DNA from: an uncultured Actinomycetes bacterium
Lineage (GTDB): Bacteria > Actinomycetota > UBA4738 > HRBIN12
Direction: 5' to 3'
NCBI GenBank assembly: GCA_963810635.1
Contig: CAWEOB010000008.1
Span: 90,615 to 154,614, forward strand
DNA length: 64,000 nt
Shown in pieces: positions 7,805 to 20,000 of the stretch. The notes below the pieces were generated by a model. That model was not told the DNA's origin. It did no database searches and saw only the letters and a program-made list of their open reading frames with translations. Positions within the stretch are counted from its first letter, which is position 1. Each line of letters starts with the position of its first letter. Made by a program: the position numbers and the translations under genes.

Positions 7805-9055
7805 GTGAAGAACCGAGCGAAGATCGCGGTACTCACCGCCATGGTGCTTGTCGTGCTGCCGGGCCGAGCGTGGGCCGCGCCGAGCGACATCGACACCACC
7901 TTCGGCACCGATGGGATCGCTTCAGAGTTCGCGGGTTGCGGTGGGTCCTGCACCTTCCCGAACGATGTCGCGATCCTCGCCGACGGCCGCCTGGTCGAGG
8001 TCGGCGTCGTCAACACCGAGTCCGAGCAGTTCTTCGGCATCGGCGCGGCGGCCGACGTGTTCAGCGCAGACGGCGCCTGGGAGAGCTACGTCTTCGGCGC
8101 TTCGCGACTGGACCTCAACGCGTACCGCGCCATCGCGCCGGCTCCGGATGGCGGCGCCGTCGTGGCCGGCTACGCGCAGCGATGCCTGGACGGGGCCGAC
8201 CCCTGCGAGAACCTGTCCACGAGCTTCTTCATGATCTCGAAGGCGCTCGCCGACGGATCCCCGGACACCTCGTTCGATCACGACGGCGTCGTGGTCACCT
8301 GGATGGCGCCGGGCGGTGGGTACGCCAACGGCGTCGCCCTCCAGCCTGACGGCAAGATCGTCGCCGTCGGACCGGTCACGGACGCCGCGGGGAACCCATC
8401 GATCGCCGCGGTCCGCTACCTCCCGAACGGCGCGCGCGACCCCTCCTTCGGCACGGACGGGCGCGTCGTCCTCCCGGGAGGGACCGCGAACGACGTGGAG
8501 GTCGCCGACGACGGCACGGTCGTGATCGCGGGCAACGCATCGCCGACGGGATTCCTCGTGGTCCGGCTGCTGGAGGACGGCTCCCCGGACCCGAGCTTCG
8601 GCGACGGCGACGGCATCGTGACCGGGCTGACCGGTCGGACCGCAGGTGCGAACGATGTGGCGCTCGCGCCCGGGGGCAAGATCGTCGTCGGCGGCATGGT
8701 GGAGAAGGACGATCCCGTGCTCGGCACCGTCCGTGGCTTCGGTGTCCTGCGACTCACCTCGTCGGGCGACGCCGACCCTCGGTTCAACAACGACGGCCAG
8801 GTCGTCACGTTCGTCGAGGACGGTTGGGCATGGGTCGACGAGCTCGTCGTCACGCCAGAGCGCGAGGTCGTCGGTGGCGGCGGGTTCGGTGTCGTTCGCT
8901 ACACGAAGAAAGGGATGCGCGACACCGCGTTCGACGGGGACGGCCGTGCAGACTATCCGTGGGTGATCGAGGGGCTGGTGCTCCAAGGGAACAAGCTGGT
9001 GATGGGGATCAACAGCGGGGACTACGGCATGTCGCTCACCCGCATCCTGCTGTGA
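7805..9055 (+). CDS. Secreted delta-60-repeat domain protein
   Basis: RBS GGGGAGG before GTG 7805. Signal peptide KIAVLTAMVLVVLPGRAWA. A D-x-[ST]-F-[GD]-x-[DN]-G motif recurs about every 55-60 aa (DTTFGTDG, DTSFDHDG, DPSFGTDG, DPSFGDGDG, DPRFNNDG, DTAFDGDG). Confidence 0.8.
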   Translation: MKNRAKIAVLTAMVLVVLPGRAWAAPSDIDTTFGTDGIASEFAGCGGSCTFPNDVAILADGRLVEVGVVNTESEQFFGIGAAADVFSADGAWESYVFGASRLDLNAYRAIAPAPDGGAVVAGYAQRCLDGADPCENLSTSFFMISKALADGSPDTSFDHDGVVVTWMAPGGGYANGVALQPDGKIVAVGPVTDAAGNPSIAAVRYLPNGARDPSFGTDGRVVLPGGTANDVEVADDGTVVIAGNASPTGFLVVRLLEDGSPDPSFGDGDGIVTGLTGRTAGANDVALAPGGKIVVGGMVEKDDPVLGTVRGFGVLRLTSSGDADPRFNNDGQVVTFVEDGWAWVDELVVTPEREVVGGGGFGVVRYTKKGMRDTAFDGDGRADYPWVIEGLVLQGNKLVMGINSGDYGMSLTRILL

Positions 9056-9075
9056 CCTCCCGATGAGGAGGAGCC

Positions 9076-10104
9076 GTGATGAGCACACCGCGCCGAACCA
9101 TCCCGATCCTGACCCTCGCTCTGCTCGCGGTGGTGGTGGCGACCCTCGCCACGACCTCGGCGACCGCGACTCCCAACGACCGGAGGATCCTGTACGTCAG
9201 CGGAGGTGACATCCACAGCATCCGCCCGGACGGCACGAGCGATCGCCGTCTGACGTTCACGGCGAACAACGGACAGCCCGCGTGGTCACCGGCGGGAACG
9301 AAGATCGCGTTCGTGTCGATGCGCGACGGCGACCGTGAGATCTTCACGATGAACGCCGACGGCAGCGGTCTCCGCAAGCTCACGAACAACCACCGGATCG
9401 ACACGCAGCCAGCCTGGTCACCCGACGGCCGGACGATCGCGTTCATCCGCGACTACACGTTCCTCCGCTACGACCAGGATCCGACGGTCGGCGCCGCCCT
9501 CTGGCTCATGGCCGCCTCGGGCGCGAACCCCCGCCGCATCCCGCTCCACGGAGGGGTGTTCGACACCTTCTTCGAAGCCCTCTACCAACCGGTCTGGGCG
9601 CCCGACGGGCAGCACATCGCCGGCATGGGCATCGAATGGATCCCGACCCAGGACTACGCCCTGTGGGTGTTCGACCTGAGCGGGAACCCGACGGCGATCC
9701 TGCCCGGGCACTACGACGCGCCCGCCTGGGCGTCCGACGGCGACGCCGTGGGATGCAGCTACGACGGGATCCACAAGCTGGCCGCGATCGACGCGACCTA
9801 CGGGGACCTGCTCGTGCCGCTCGACGTCTGTTCGTCGCCCTCGATGAGCGGAGGCTTGAGATTCGCCGTCTACGCGGCCGGCGGCACGCTCCGCGGACGA
9901 CGGCTCGCGGACGGCAACGACGTGGCGCTGGCGACCCTGCGGCCCTCCCCCGCCCCGGGACCGTGGGATGTGTGGTCGCCGTACGACTGGTCGCCGAACG
10001 GCCGGCTCCTGGTGGCCGCCACCCCCGCGGGACTGCTCGTGACTTCCCCGGACGCGTCCTTAACCCGCCTCCTGCCCGTCACGGGTCGGGACCCCGATTG
10101 GTGA
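9076..10104 (+). CDS. Secreted TolB-like (PD40/WD40-like) beta-propeller protein
   Basis: RBS GAGGAGGAG before GTG 9076 / ATG 9079. Signal peptide. Repeated PD40 pattern: QPAWSPAGTKIAFVSMRDGDREIFTMNADGSGLRKLT and QPAWSPDGRTIAF. Confidence 0.8.
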   Translation: MMSTPRRTIPILTLALLAVVVATLATTSATATPNDRRILYVSGGDIHSIRPDGTSDRRLTFTANNGQPAWSPAGTKIAFVSMRDGDREIFTMNADGSGLRKLTNNHRIDTQPAWSPDGRTIAFIRDYTFLRYDQDPTVGAALWLMAASGANPRRIPLHGGVFDTFFEALYQPVWAPDGQHIAGMGIEWIPTQDYALWVFDLSGNPTAILPGHYDAPAWASDGDAVGCSYDGIHKLAAIDATYGDLLVPLDVCSSPSMSGGLRFAVYAAGGTLRGRRLADGNDVALATLRPSPAPGPWDVWSPYDWSPNGRLLVAATPAGLLVTSPDASLTRLLPVTGRDPDW

Positions 10105-10110
10105 GCCGCC

Positions 10111-10497
10111 CTAGAAGCCCTCGGCGTACTCGTCGTCGGTGAGCGGCTCCATCCACTCCGGGGCGCCGCCGCCATTCACGGCGACGTGCGACATCGGGGC
10201 GTCGGGTGACGCCCCGTGGAAGTGCACCTCGTCGGGACCGACGTAGAGGACGTCGCCGGGCTCGAGGACGTGTCCGGGCTCACCCTTGGTGCGCACCCTC
10301 CCTCGGCCGCTGACGCCGTAGAGCCACTGCCCGCCCGGATGCCGGTGCCAATGGGTCCGTGCACCGGGCGAGAAGTGCACGATCCCGATGTTCGTCCCGT
10401 CGGTCACCGTGAGGGTCCCGCGCAGCCACACCTCCCCCGCGAACCGCCCGTCGTCGCCGCGCTCGAACGTTCCGTCCCGGTTGCTCGCGATCTCCAC
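10111..10497 (-). CDS. Cupin-domain protein
   Basis: RBS GGGAGG before GTG 10497. Cupin motifs HFSPGARTHWHRHPGGQWLYGVSG and GDVLYVGPDEVHFHG. It lies 29 bp downstream of the FAD oxidoreductase, so it is probably cotranscribed. Confidence 0.8.
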   Translation of the reverse strand: MEIASNRDGTFERGDDGRFAGEVWLRGTLTVTDGTNIGIVHFSPGARTHWHRHPGGQWLYGVSGRGRVRTKGEPGHVLEPGDVLYVGPDEVHFHGASPDAPMSHVAVNGGGAPEWMEPLTDDEYAEGF

Positions 10498-10525
10498 ACT
10501 GCCCTCCCGTCTCCCGATGTCCGCC

Positions 10526-11677
10526 TTAGCCGAGGATCCGTGCGTCTCCGTAGCCCGACCCGAGGGGCTCGCCGCGTTCGAACCGGAACGGGTCGAACGC
10601 GGCGAGCCCCGGGTCCGTCTCCGCGCCGAGCACGAGCTCGGCGAGGTGCTTGCCGAGGGCCGGCGCCAGCTTGAACCCGTGGCCGCTCGTGCCGGCATCC
10701 ACGAACACGTGCGGCGCGACCTCGCCGATGACGGGCTGCCAGTCGGGGCTCACGTCGTACAGGCTCGCCCAGCCGCCGTGGACGTCCGACACGGAGAGGC
10801 GAGGGACCCGGCGGACCACCCTGGCCGCCAGCCGCTCCACCTCGTCGGGCCGGATCTCCGGATCGAAGTCCTCCGGGTCGACCTGGGGCTCCGGAGCCAG
10901 CGGGCCGACCAGGAAGAGCTCGTCCCCCTCGGGGCGGAAGTAGTAGCCACCGGCCACGTCCCCATGGGCGGGGGCCTGCTCGGCGCCCGCCCACCGGAAC
11001 GTGGCTACGACATGCCGTTCGACCGTGAGGGGAAGGTCGGCGCCCACCTGCAGGGCCAGCAGCCGGGTCCACGGACCGGTCGCCAGCAGGACGGCGCCGC
11101 ACTCGACGCGCTCCCCATCGTCCAGCGTCATGGTGGCGCTGGTGCGATCGGCGTCGAGGCCCGTCACGGCTCTGCCGAGACGGGCCTCGACGCCGCCCCG
11201 CACCGCCGCCCGGAACAGACCCTCCGTCGCGGCGTGAGGATCCGCATAGCCGGCGTTCCGTTCGAACGCGCCGATCGCGATGTCGGATAGATCGAACCCG
11301 GGTGCCGCCGCCGCGAGCGCCTCCCCTTCGAGGAGATCGGTCTCGATCCCGAGCCTGTTGAGCTGCACGACCGAGGCTCGGACGGCGTCGGCGTCGGCAG
11401 CCCGATGCAGGTACAGCAGTCCGGTCCGCCGGTACCCCGCATCGATACCGGTGAGCTCCTCGAACCCCTCGAACATGGCGATCGAGTCGCGGGCGCACGA
11501 CGCGAGGAAACGGTTCGTGTAGTACGCGCGGCACACGGCGCTCGACCTGCCCGTGGGACCACCCGCTGGCGTTCCCCGCTCCACGATCACGGCCCGGGCA
11601 CCGGTCGAAGCGAGATGGAAAGCGACCGAGGCGCCGTGGATGCCCGCTCCCACGATCCCCACGTCGAACGCCGTCAC
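10526..11677 (-). CDS. FAD-dependent oxidoreductase (DAO / sarcosine-oxidase-beta-like)
   Basis: GTG 11677 gives VTAFDVGIVGAGIHGASVAFHLA (GxGxxG dinucleotide fold). The C-terminal part reads FVDAGTSGHGFKLAPALG. The upstream part of ORF 10526..11923 overlaps the divergent S9 peptidase gene and is rejected. Confidence 0.8.
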   Translation of the reverse strand: MTAFDVGIVGAGIHGASVAFHLASTGARAVIVERGTPAGGPTGRSSAVCRAYYTNRFLASCARDSIAMFEGFEELTGIDAGYRRTGLLYLHRAADADAVRASVVQLNRLGIETDLLEGEALAAAAPGFDLSDIAIGAFERNAGYADPHAATEGLFRAAVRGGVEARLGRAVTGLDADRTSATMTLDDGERVECGAVLLATGPWTRLLALQVGADLPLTVERHVVATFRWAGAEQAPAHGDVAGGYYFRPEGDELFLVGPLAPEPQVDPEDFDPEIRPDEVERLAARVVRRVPRLSVSDVHGGWASLYDVSPDWQPVIGEVAPHVFVDAGTSGHGFKLAPALGKHLAELVLGAETDPGLAAFDPFRFERGEPLGSGYGDARILG

Positions 11678-11757
11678 GGCCGCGAGCGTACGACGGGCGG
11701 TCGCGCCGCGACCTCCGATCGTGGGAGCATCCGACGCGCCTGCGATAGGAGGGCACC

Positions 11758-13698
11758 ATGCCTGGCTTTCAACCGGACGACATCCATCGCATCGCCTCGG
11801 CGAGCGACCCGCGTCTGTCACCCGACGGGACCACCGTGGCCTACGTCGTGACCTGGATCGACCCCGAGGACAAGGACTACCGGAGCGCGATCTGGAGCGT
11901 GACCGTCGACGGGTCGACGCCACCGCGTCGGGTCACCCAGGGTTCGAAGAAGGCGGGATCACCTCGGTGGGCGCCCGACGGCCGGAGCCTCGCCTTCGTC
12001 TCGGACCGCGATGCGAAGACCGCCCAGCTGTTCGTGCTGCCCGCCGACGAGCCCGGCGATGCGCATCGGCTCACGGACCTCCCCGAAGCCGTCGAGTCAC
12101 CGGTCTGGTCACCGGACGGCGCGTCCATCGCGTTCGTGAGCCGCGACCACGACCCGAGGGATGACGAACAGGACGACCGCACCCGGGCGCCTCGCCGGAT
12201 CACGCGCATGCGGTACCGACTGGACGACGAGGGGTGGCTCGTCGACCGGCCGGCTCACGTGTGGGTCGTGCCGGCCGACGGGTCGGGCGAGCCGGTCAAA
12301 CTCACCGACGGTGAGCCCGAGGACGGCTCGCCCTCGTGGTCGCCCGACGGCCGGCGTCTCGTCTTCGTGTCGACACGACACGAAGACTGGGACATCTCCC
12401 CGGCGAGCGACCTCTACGCGATCGACGCGTCGGGAGGTGATCCCGAGCTGCTCACGACGACCGACGGCGGCTGCAGCTGTCCGTCGTGGTCGCCGGACGG
12501 CACCAGGATCGGGTTCCTCTTCACCCCGGGGCTCTGGGACGAGCCGCGCCACGCACAGGTGGCGGTGCTCGATCTGCAGACGCGTGCGAGGACGCTCCTG
12601 ACCGAGTCGCTCGACCGCAACTGCGGCCCGTTCCCCCCGATCCGCGAGGCCCTCTGGGACGGCGATCGGATCGTGTTCGCCGTGGAGGACGCCGGGAACA
12701 CGATCATCGTCCGTGTGGCGGCCGACGGGACCGAGGACCCCGAGCCGATCCTCGACGCACCCCGCTGGGTGACCGGCTACGACGCCGGGCCGGGCGGGAT
12801 CGTCGCGTCCACCGAGAACCGGCCGGAGCACCCGGCCGAGGTCTTCGTCGGTGACCGGCGCCTCAGTCACCACACCGAGGAACTCACCGGCTCTGCCGAG
12901 ATCGCGACGCCGACCGCCTTCACGGCGATCAGCGCCGACGGGACCGAGGTTCCCGCATGGATCATCAAGCCCACCGACGTCTTCGACGGCCAGGTCCCGG
13001 CCATCCTCAACGTCCACGGCGGTCCGTTCACCCAGTACGAGCCCGCGTTCTTCGATGAGTTCCAGGTCCAGGCGGGGGCCGGCTACGCCGTGATCTTCGC
13101 GAACCCACGAGGTGGCTCCGGCTCCACCGAGGAGTGGGGCCGGGCGATCCGAGGACCCGTCGGCGGGCCGGGATGGGGCTCGCGCGACTACGAGGACCTG
13201 ATGGCGGTGGTCGACGAGGCCGTGAAGCGGTTCGACTTCATCGACCCCGACCGGGTGGCGGTGGCCGGCGGCTCGTACGGCGGGTACATGGCGTCATGGA
13301 TGGTGGGGCACACCGACCGCTTCGCCTGCGCGATCTCCGAGCGGGCGGTCAACGACCTCGGCGGCCTCGACGGCACGTCGGACTTCGCCGGGTTCTTCGG
13401 CGGTGAGGTCGGCGCGACATCGTGGGACCAACCCGAGGCATACCGCCAGGTGTCACCGCTCACGTTCGCGAAGGACATCACGACGCCGCTGTTGATCATC
13501 CACTCCGAACAGGACCTGCGCTGCTCGATCGCCCAGGCCGAGGAGCTCTTCACCGTGCTCCGGTTCATGGGCCGCGACGTCGAGTTCGTCCGGTTCCCGG
13601 GCGAGGGGCACGAACTGTCGCGCTCGGGGAGCCCGATCCACCGCGAGCAGCGCTTCAGGATCGTCCTGGACTGGCTGGATCGGCACCTGAAGGTCTGA
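11758..13698 (+). CDS. S9 family serine peptidase (acylaminoacyl-peptidase / dipeptidyl-peptidase-like)
   Basis: N-terminal propeller with repeated WSPDG motifs. C-terminal alpha/beta-hydrolase domain with nucleophile elbow [15 protein letters not shown]. Confidence 0.9.
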   Translation: MPGFQPDDIHRIASASDPRLSPDGTTVAYVVTWIDPEDKDYRSAIWSVTVDGSTPPRRVTQGSKKAGSPRWAPDGRSLAFVSDRDAKTAQLFVLPADEPGDAHRLTDLPEAVESPVWSPDGASIAFVSRDHDPRDDEQDDRTRAPRRITRMRYRLDDEGWLVDRPAHVWVVPADGSGEPVKLTDGEPEDGSPSWSPDGRRLVFVSTRHEDWDISPASDLYAIDASGGDPELLTTTDGGCSCPSWSPDGTRIGFLFTPGLWDEPRHAQVAVLDLQTRARTLLTESLDRNCGPFPPIREALWDGDRIVFAVEDAGNTIIVRVAADGTEDPEPILDAPRWVTGYDAGPGGIVASTENRPEHPAEVFVGDRRLSHHTEELTGSAEIATPTAFTAISADGTEVPAWIIKPTDVFDGQVPAILNVHGGPFTQYEPAFFDEFQVQAGAGYAVIFANPRGGSGSTEEWGRAIRGPVGGPGWGSRDYEDLMAVVDEAVKRFDFIDPDRVAVAGGSYGGYMASWMVGHTDRFACAISERAVNDLGGLDGTSDFAGFFGGEVGATSWDQPEAYRQVSPLTFAKDITTPLLIIHSEQDLRCSIAQAEELFTVLRFMGRDVEFVRFPGEGHELSRSGSPIHREQRFRIVLDWLDRHLKV

Positions 13699-13766
13699 TC
13701 GCCCGCGGTCGCCCGACCGCTCGCCTGGCTACGATGGCGCCGTCCGACTCCGGAGGGCCATCGTCG

Positions 13767-15158
13767 ATGACGGAGCACCGCACCGAGACCGACGCGCTGG
13801 GCGCGATCGAGGTCCCGAGCGACCGCTACTGGGGTGCCCAGACGCAACGCTCGCTCCATCATTTCTCGATCGGCTGGCCCGACGCCGACCGCATGCCCGT
13901 GGAGATCGTGCGGGCGATGGGGATCCTCAAGCAGGCGGCCGCGCTCGCCAACGTCGAGAACGGACAGCTCGACCCCGAGCTCGGCCGCCTGATCGGCGAC
14001 GCCGCTCGGGAGGTCGCCGACGGGTCGCTCGACGATCACTTCCCGCTCTACGTCTGGCAGACGGGATCCGGCACGCAGACCAACATGAACGCGAACGAGG
14101 TCATCTCGAACCGGGCGAACGAGATGGCGGGCGGGGAGCTCGGCTCGAAGACGCCGATCCACCCGAACGATCACGTGAACATGTCGCAGTCATCGAACGA
14201 CACCTTCCCCACCGCGATGCACATCGCGGGCGCGCAGGTGGTGGTGGAGCGGCTCCTCCCGCAGGTCCGGGACTTGCGCGATGCGCTCCAGGAGCGGTCG
14301 AATGAGTTCGACGACATCGTCAAGATCGGGCGGACGCACCTGCAGGACGCGGTCCCGCTCACGCTCGGCCAGGAGTTCGGCGGCTACGCGGCCCAGCTCG
14401 ATGCCGACGCTGCGCGGATCGGGTCGGCGCTCGACGGCCTGTACGAGTTGGCGATCGGTGGGACGGCGGTCGGCACGGGCCTCAACGCCCCGGAGGGGTT
14501 CGGCGGAGTCGCGGCCGCGAAGATCGCGGAGCTGACCGGCCTGCCGTTCCGTGCGGCCGCCAACCCGTTCGCCGCTCTCGCCGCCCACGACGCGGTCGTC
14601 TTCATGAGCGGGGCGCTCGCGACGCTGGCCGCGTCGCTGATGAAGATCGCGAACGACGTCCGTTGGCTCGGCTCGGGTCCGCGGGCCGGCATCGGTGAGC
14701 TCCGTCTGCCGGAGAACGAGCCCGGCTCGTCCATCATGCCGGGCAAGGTGAACCCCACCCAGTCCGAGGCCATGACCATGGTCGCGTGCCAGGTCTTCGG
14801 CAACGACACGGCGGTGAAGCTCGCTGGCTCGCAGGGCAACTTCGAGCTCAACGTGTTCAAGCCGGTCATGATCCGCAACCTGTTGCACTCGGCCGTGCTG
14901 CTGGCCGATTCCTGCCGGAACTTCCGTGAGTTCTGCGTGGTGGGTCTCGAGCCCGACCGTGTGCGCATCGCGGAGCTATTGATGCGCTCGCTCATGCTCG
15001 TCACGGCGCTCAGCCCGACGATCGGCTACGACAAGGCGGCGGAGATCGCGAAGAAGGCCCACCACGAGGGGACGACGCTGAAGGAAGCTGCCCTCGCCCT
15101 GGGACATCTCAGCGAAGCCGAGTACGACGCGGCCGTGATCCCCGAGGACATGGTCTAG
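13767..15158 (+). CDS. fumC: Fumarate hydratase, class II
   Basis: RBS GGAGGG before ATG 13767. [39 protein letters not shown], and signature [15 protein letters not shown]. Confidence 0.95.
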   Translation: MTEHRTETDALGAIEVPSDRYWGAQTQRSLHHFSIGWPDADRMPVEIVRAMGILKQAAALANVENGQLDPELGRLIGDAAREVADGSLDDHFPLYVWQTGSGTQTNMNANEVISNRANEMAGGELGSKTPIHPNDHVNMSQSSNDTFPTAMHIAGAQVVVERLLPQVRDLRDALQERSNEFDDIVKIGRTHLQDAVPLTLGQEFGGYAAQLDADAARIGSALDGLYELAIGGTAVGTGLNAPEGFGGVAAAKIAELTGLPFRAAANPFAALAAHDAVVFMSGALATLAASLMKIANDVRWLGSGPRAGIGELRLPENEPGSSIMPGKVNPTQSEAMTMVACQVFGNDTAVKLAGSQGNFELNVFKPVMIRNLLHSAVLLADSCRNFREFCVVGLEPDRVRIAELLMRSLMLVTALSPTIGYDKAAEIAKKAHHEGTTLKEAALALGHLSEAEYDAAVIPEDMV

Positions 15159-16018
15159 CCGCTGCCGGTGGCGACCGAGCGATCCGGATCGCTGACCCAC
15201 CCCGACCACGAGCCCTCGTAGAGGCGTGCGTCGCCGAACCCGGCGAGCCGGAGCGCCAGGAGGCTGTGACACGAGGTCACGCCCGATCCGCAGTGGACGA
15301 TGGCCGCATCCCCTGTCACCCCGAGCGCCTCGTACCGCCGACGCAGCTCCTGCGGGTCGAGGAACCGTCCCGTCCCCGGATCGAGGTTCCCCGGCCACGG
15401 CGCGTTGACCGCCCCCGGGATGTGACCGGCGACCGGATCGAGCGGCTCCACCTCGCCGCGGAACCGCTCGGCCGCCCGCACGTCGATGACGGGCGCGCTC
15501 CCCACCCGGATGGTGAGCTCCACGGCGTCGGCATCGACGATCCGATCCACGGGCCACATCGCCGGATGGAAGGTGCCGCGAGCGGGTTGCGATCCGGGGC
15601 CCCGCTCCAGGTCCCGTCCTTCCTCGATCCACGTCTTCAGACCGCCGTCCAGCATCGCCACGCTCCGGCCGGTCACCGACAGCATCCACCACAGACGTGC
15701 GGCGACCGACCCCTGCACGTCGTCGACCACGACGATGTCCATGCGCTCGTCCACGCCGAGGCCCGCCATCGATGCGGCGAACGCCTCCGGCTCCGGGAGC
15801 GGGTGGCGTCCCCGCTCGTCGCCCGCGGGGGTCGCGGACAGGTGACGGTCGAGGTCCACGAAGATGGCGCCCGGGATGTGACCGTCCTCCTCGAACGTCC
15901 GCCGCGCGGCGACGATCCCGCCCTGCGGGGACCACCGGACATCGACCACCTGGAGCGAAGGATCCCGCAGATGCTGGGCGAGCCACGACGGGGGTACGAG
16001 CAGATCGGGGAGGGTCAT
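15155..16018 (-). CDS. sseA: 3-mercaptopyruvate/thiosulfate sulfurtransferase (tandem rhodanese)
   Basis: ATG 16018 overlaps the xthA stop (ATGA). Two rhodanese domains are present. Active-site loop [12 protein letters not shown]. Confidence 0.85.
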   Translation of the reverse strand: MTLPDLLVPPSWLAQHLRDPSLQVVDVRWSPQGGIVAARRTFEEDGHIPGAIFVDLDRHLSATPAGDERGRHPLPEPEAFAASMAGLGVDERMDIVVVDDVQGSVAARLWWMLSVTGRSVAMLDGGLKTWIEEGRDLERGPGSQPARGTFHPAMWPVDRIVDADAVELTIRVGSAPVIDVRAAERFRGEVEPLDPVAGHIPGAVNAPWPGNLDPGTGRFLDPQELRRRYEALGVTGDAAIVHCGSGVTSCHSLLALRLAGFGDARLYEGSWSGWVSDPDRSVATGSG

Positions 16019-16806
16019 CGCACATCCTCGAACGAGACGACGACCGGCGAGTGATCCGAGGGCTTCCCCTCGCCGGCCGTCGGTTTCCGTTCGTTGCGGT
16101 CGACCTCGACCGAGGTCATCCGCGAGGCCACGGGGACCGAGCCGAGCGCCAGGTCGATGCGCAACCCCCATCCCTTGTGGAAGGCGCCGGCCGTGTAGTC
16201 CCAGTACGTGAAGGGTCCCGCGACGTCGCCGGCCGCCGCACGCCCGAGATCCGTCAGCCCCCACCCCTCGAGCGCTCGGATCCGCTCGCGCTCCGGCTCG
16301 CTCGCCAGGTTCTGCCCCCTCCAGAGCTCGGGATCCCAGACATCGCGATCATCGGGAGCGACGTTGAAGTCGCCGCAGACGACCAACGGCTCCGACGGGT
16401 CCCGGGTCGCGGCCAGCCACGTCCGCAGGGCATCCAGCCAAGCGAGCTTGACCTGGTACGCGGGGTCATCGACGGCCTTGCCGTTCACGACGTAGACGCA
16501 CACGACGCGGACGTCCCCTGCTGCGGCCGAGATCACCCTCGACTGCTCGGGCACCGGATCGCCGTCGAAGCCCGTCCGGACCTCGGCGAGCCCCACCCGG
16601 GAGAGGATCGCGACCCCGTTGTAGGCGCGCTGCCCTAACGTGGCGCAGTCGTAGCCGGCCGCCGCGATCTCCAGCGTGGGGAACGCCGCGTCCTCGACCT
16701 TCGTTTCCTGCAGGCACACCACGTCGGGTTCGTGACGACCCAGCAGGGCGATCAAGCGCGGGAGCCGCTGCCGGATCGAATTGACGTTCCAGGTGACGAT
16801 CTTCAC
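16015..16806 (-). CDS. xthA: Exodeoxyribonuclease III
   Basis: VKIVTWNVNSIRQRL...VVCLQETK...GDFNVAPDDRDV...SDHSPVVV. The start is placed at GTG 16806; the ORF could extend to 16854. Confidence 0.9.
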   Translation of the reverse strand: MKIVTWNVNSIRQRLPRLIALLGRHEPDVVCLQETKVEDAAFPTLEIAAAGYDCATLGQRAYNGVAILSRVGLAEVRTGFDGDPVPEQSRVISAAAGDVRVVCVYVVNGKAVDDPAYQVKLAWLDALRTWLAATRDPSEPLVVCGDFNVAPDDRDVWDPELWRGQNLASEPERERIRALEGWGLTDLGRAAAGDVAGPFTYWDYTAGAFHKGWGLRIDLALGSVPVASRMTSVEVDRNERKPTAGEGKPSDHSPVVVSFEDVR

Positions 16807-17099
16807 GGGCGGCACCCTACCCGGCTCCCGTGGTGATGATGGCGGAAGATCCATCGGGACCCGGCTGCACCCTCTGGTTCCCAGGTATCCTCATGCGGCT
16901 AGGACCGTAGAGCGTATGGAGGACCCCCCGTACGGCCTAAGGCGATACCACAAGCTCCGCACGTTGTACCGATGCTCTACCCCCCGAACAGGCGTCAGAA
17001 TCCTCCTCGCGGTGGATGCCGATGCGTCGAACGTCGTAGGGGGCGCGGGCGTCGGATCATCGTAACGACCAGGGTGACGGATCCACGATCCAGGGAGGG

Positions 17100-20000
17100 A
17101 TGGACAACATGACACAAGGGCTCCGTAGGCGAGGGGTGGCCGGGCTCGCGATCCTCGTCCTCGCGACACTCATGGTGCTGGTGCCGGCGCTGGAGGCATC
17201 GGCCGCCGTGTTCCCACCGCGCTTCCTGCGTTCGATCGGCGGCAGCGGCCGGCCCGGCGTCTTCGCCTGGGGCACGTGCTTCAGCCCCGTGACGCATCGC
17301 ATCTACGTCACGGACTACCTGAACTTCCAGGTCCGGATCTACGACCAGCACGGGAACCACCTCAGGGCGACTTCTACCGGCCGCGACCAGGACGGGCAGC
17401 CGTACACCTGCGCGGTGAGCCCTATCGACGGCTCGATCTACGTCGCCGAGCTGAAGGACAACCCGTACTCGAACCGCATCGCGAAGTACGACCAGAACGG
17501 CGAACTTCCTGTACGAGATCCGGCCGACCGGATCGTCGCTGCCGTACTCCGTGTGGATCACCGTCGACGACCAGGGCTACCTCTGGTCGCTCAACAGCCA
17601 CTACTGGAACGACGATCGCCGACCCGCCCAGGATCTCGAAGTACGTCGAGAACGACACGCACACCGGGGCGAGCCGCGACGCCACGCAGGACATCGTCGT
17701 GATGCCGCCCGACGTGTTGACGGACGACGACGTGCCACGGCTGTACGGCATCGACCGGATCGCCGACGGCACCTTCTACGTCAGCGACGCGTGGAACCGT
17801 CGCGTCTACCACTACGGGCCGACGAGCGCGTCCTTCCCCCAGGGTGAGCTGCTCGGACACGTTCGGGGCCGCGCAGACCGGCGGCGACAACCGCGGCGTC
17901 GAGGTGAACGAGGCCCGCAACGCGGTCTACGTGGTCGACGCGGAGCACTCCGACGTCGACGTGTTCAACCTGGACGGGACCTACCGGTTCTCGTTCGGCA
18001 GCGAGGGCAACGGCGCGGGCGAGTTCGCCGGCGGCGGTCGCCAGCTCGCGATCGACGACGACGGGGAACGTCTGGGTCGCCGACTTCGGTGGCTTCGAGA
18101 CCGAGAAGTACACGTGGAACGGGACGCCGCTGTTGCGGGCGCCCCGATCCCGGCGGAGAAGCCGCCGGTCGGGCTCCTGGGCCAGCCGCGCGACGTGGCG
18201 GTCGACGACCAGACCGGTCGACGTGTGGGTGGCCGACGCGTGGAACCAGCGGTTCCAGCGGTTCTCCGTCGACGGGCCAGTCCCTCGGCGCACGTGGGGA
18301 CAGCGCGGACCCGGCGGTCCGTTCGACATGAACTACCCGCGCAGCATCGCCATCAACCCGTCGAACCGGCAGATCTGGGTCGCCAACGAACGCGGGCACC
18401 ACATCCAGGTCTACAACTACCCGACGAACCAGACGGCGTCGCCGACGTACGTGGCGCAGATCGGCCAGATCGGGAGCGACGACACGGACCCCGGCCACTT
18501 CCGCTGGCCCGTGGACATCGAGTTCTACCAGCCGCCGACGGGCAACATGCGCGCCATCATCGGTGACCGCATGGCCGTCCAGCGTGAAGATCTTCGACGC
18601 GGTGACGCGCCAGGAGATCCTGATGATCCCGCCGCGAACCACGGCACGGCGGTCGACCCGGCGACGGGCAACATCTACGTCGTCAACCCCAGCAACGACC
18701 GGATCGAGGTCTGGAACCAGAGCGGGACCCAGGTCATGAACGCGGACGGCATCACGCCGGTCCGGTTCGGCAGCAGCGGACGCAGCCGGGCCAGTTCCGT
18801 GACCCGGTCGACGGCGTCATCAGCCAGGGCGTCCTGTACGTGTCGGACGAGGGCCTGTCCAGGCGTTCAACACGCGTTCCAGCCTGGATGGCCGACGTTC
18901 CTCGCGAAGTGGGGTTCGACCTACGGCGACAGTGCCTACGATTTCCGTGGGGCCGTCGGTATCGATGTCGGACGCGCAAGGTCGTCTCTACGTCACCGAC
19001 ACCGGCAACGACCGCATCCAGGTCTTCGACCCGAACCTCGCGAAATTGCAGGACGCGGTCAACCCCTCCATCCCCGACGATCACGAGCCCGGCCAACCAG
19101 AGCGTCGTGTCGCCGCTCGGGCCGGTGACCATCACCGGAACGGCGATCGACAACGCCTCCGTGGGCAACGTCGAGCTCTCGATCCAGGACATGGAAACGG
19201 CACCCCGACGGGCCTGTGGTGGAACCCTGCGCAGTCCTCGTGGGTGACGTCCAACAGCCGTGCCGATCCTGGCGGCCCAGACCTTCACCACGGCACCGGG
19301 GACGAACGTGACGTGGCGCTACATGTTCCTCGGCGTGACGGCCGGACACGAGTACCTCGTCCGGGCGAAGACCCGCGACTCGAACGGGGGCCTGAGCCAG
19401 ATGACCCAGACGGACGTTCGGCACGCCGGGAACGGCACCCGTGGCGGCGCCGCCGCCCCCGCCGGCCCAGGACACCACTCGTCCGAACGGGACTGCTGAC
19501 GTTCCCGATGTTGAACGCGCAGCTCCGCCTTCGCGCCGGTCACGTTCACGGGGACGGCCACGGACAACGTGGGCGTGAACCAGGTGCGCATCTCGTTCAA
19601 GCGGCTGTCCAACAACCAGTACTGGAGCGGGTCGTCGACCGGCTCCGGGTTCAGCATCGACGTTCCGCTACTGGGACACGACGCTCGACACCCCAGGTGG
19701 CACGTCGACCGGCTGGACCTGGGCTGGACCCCGAGGTCGAGCACCGTCCCCGGTGACTTCCAGATCCTCGTCCAGGCGATCGACGCGGCGGGCAACGTCG
19801 ACAACTCCACGCCGAACGTGCGGTTCACGGTGACCGCCAACGGGCCCGACACGGTCGAACCGGACACGACGATCTCGACGCCTGCGAACGGGGCCACCTT
19901 GCCGACCGGCATGTTGGCCATCACCGGCACCGCGACCGACAACGCCGCACTCGGTTCCGTCCGGATCGGGATCCGCGACACCAACACCAACCAGTGGTGG

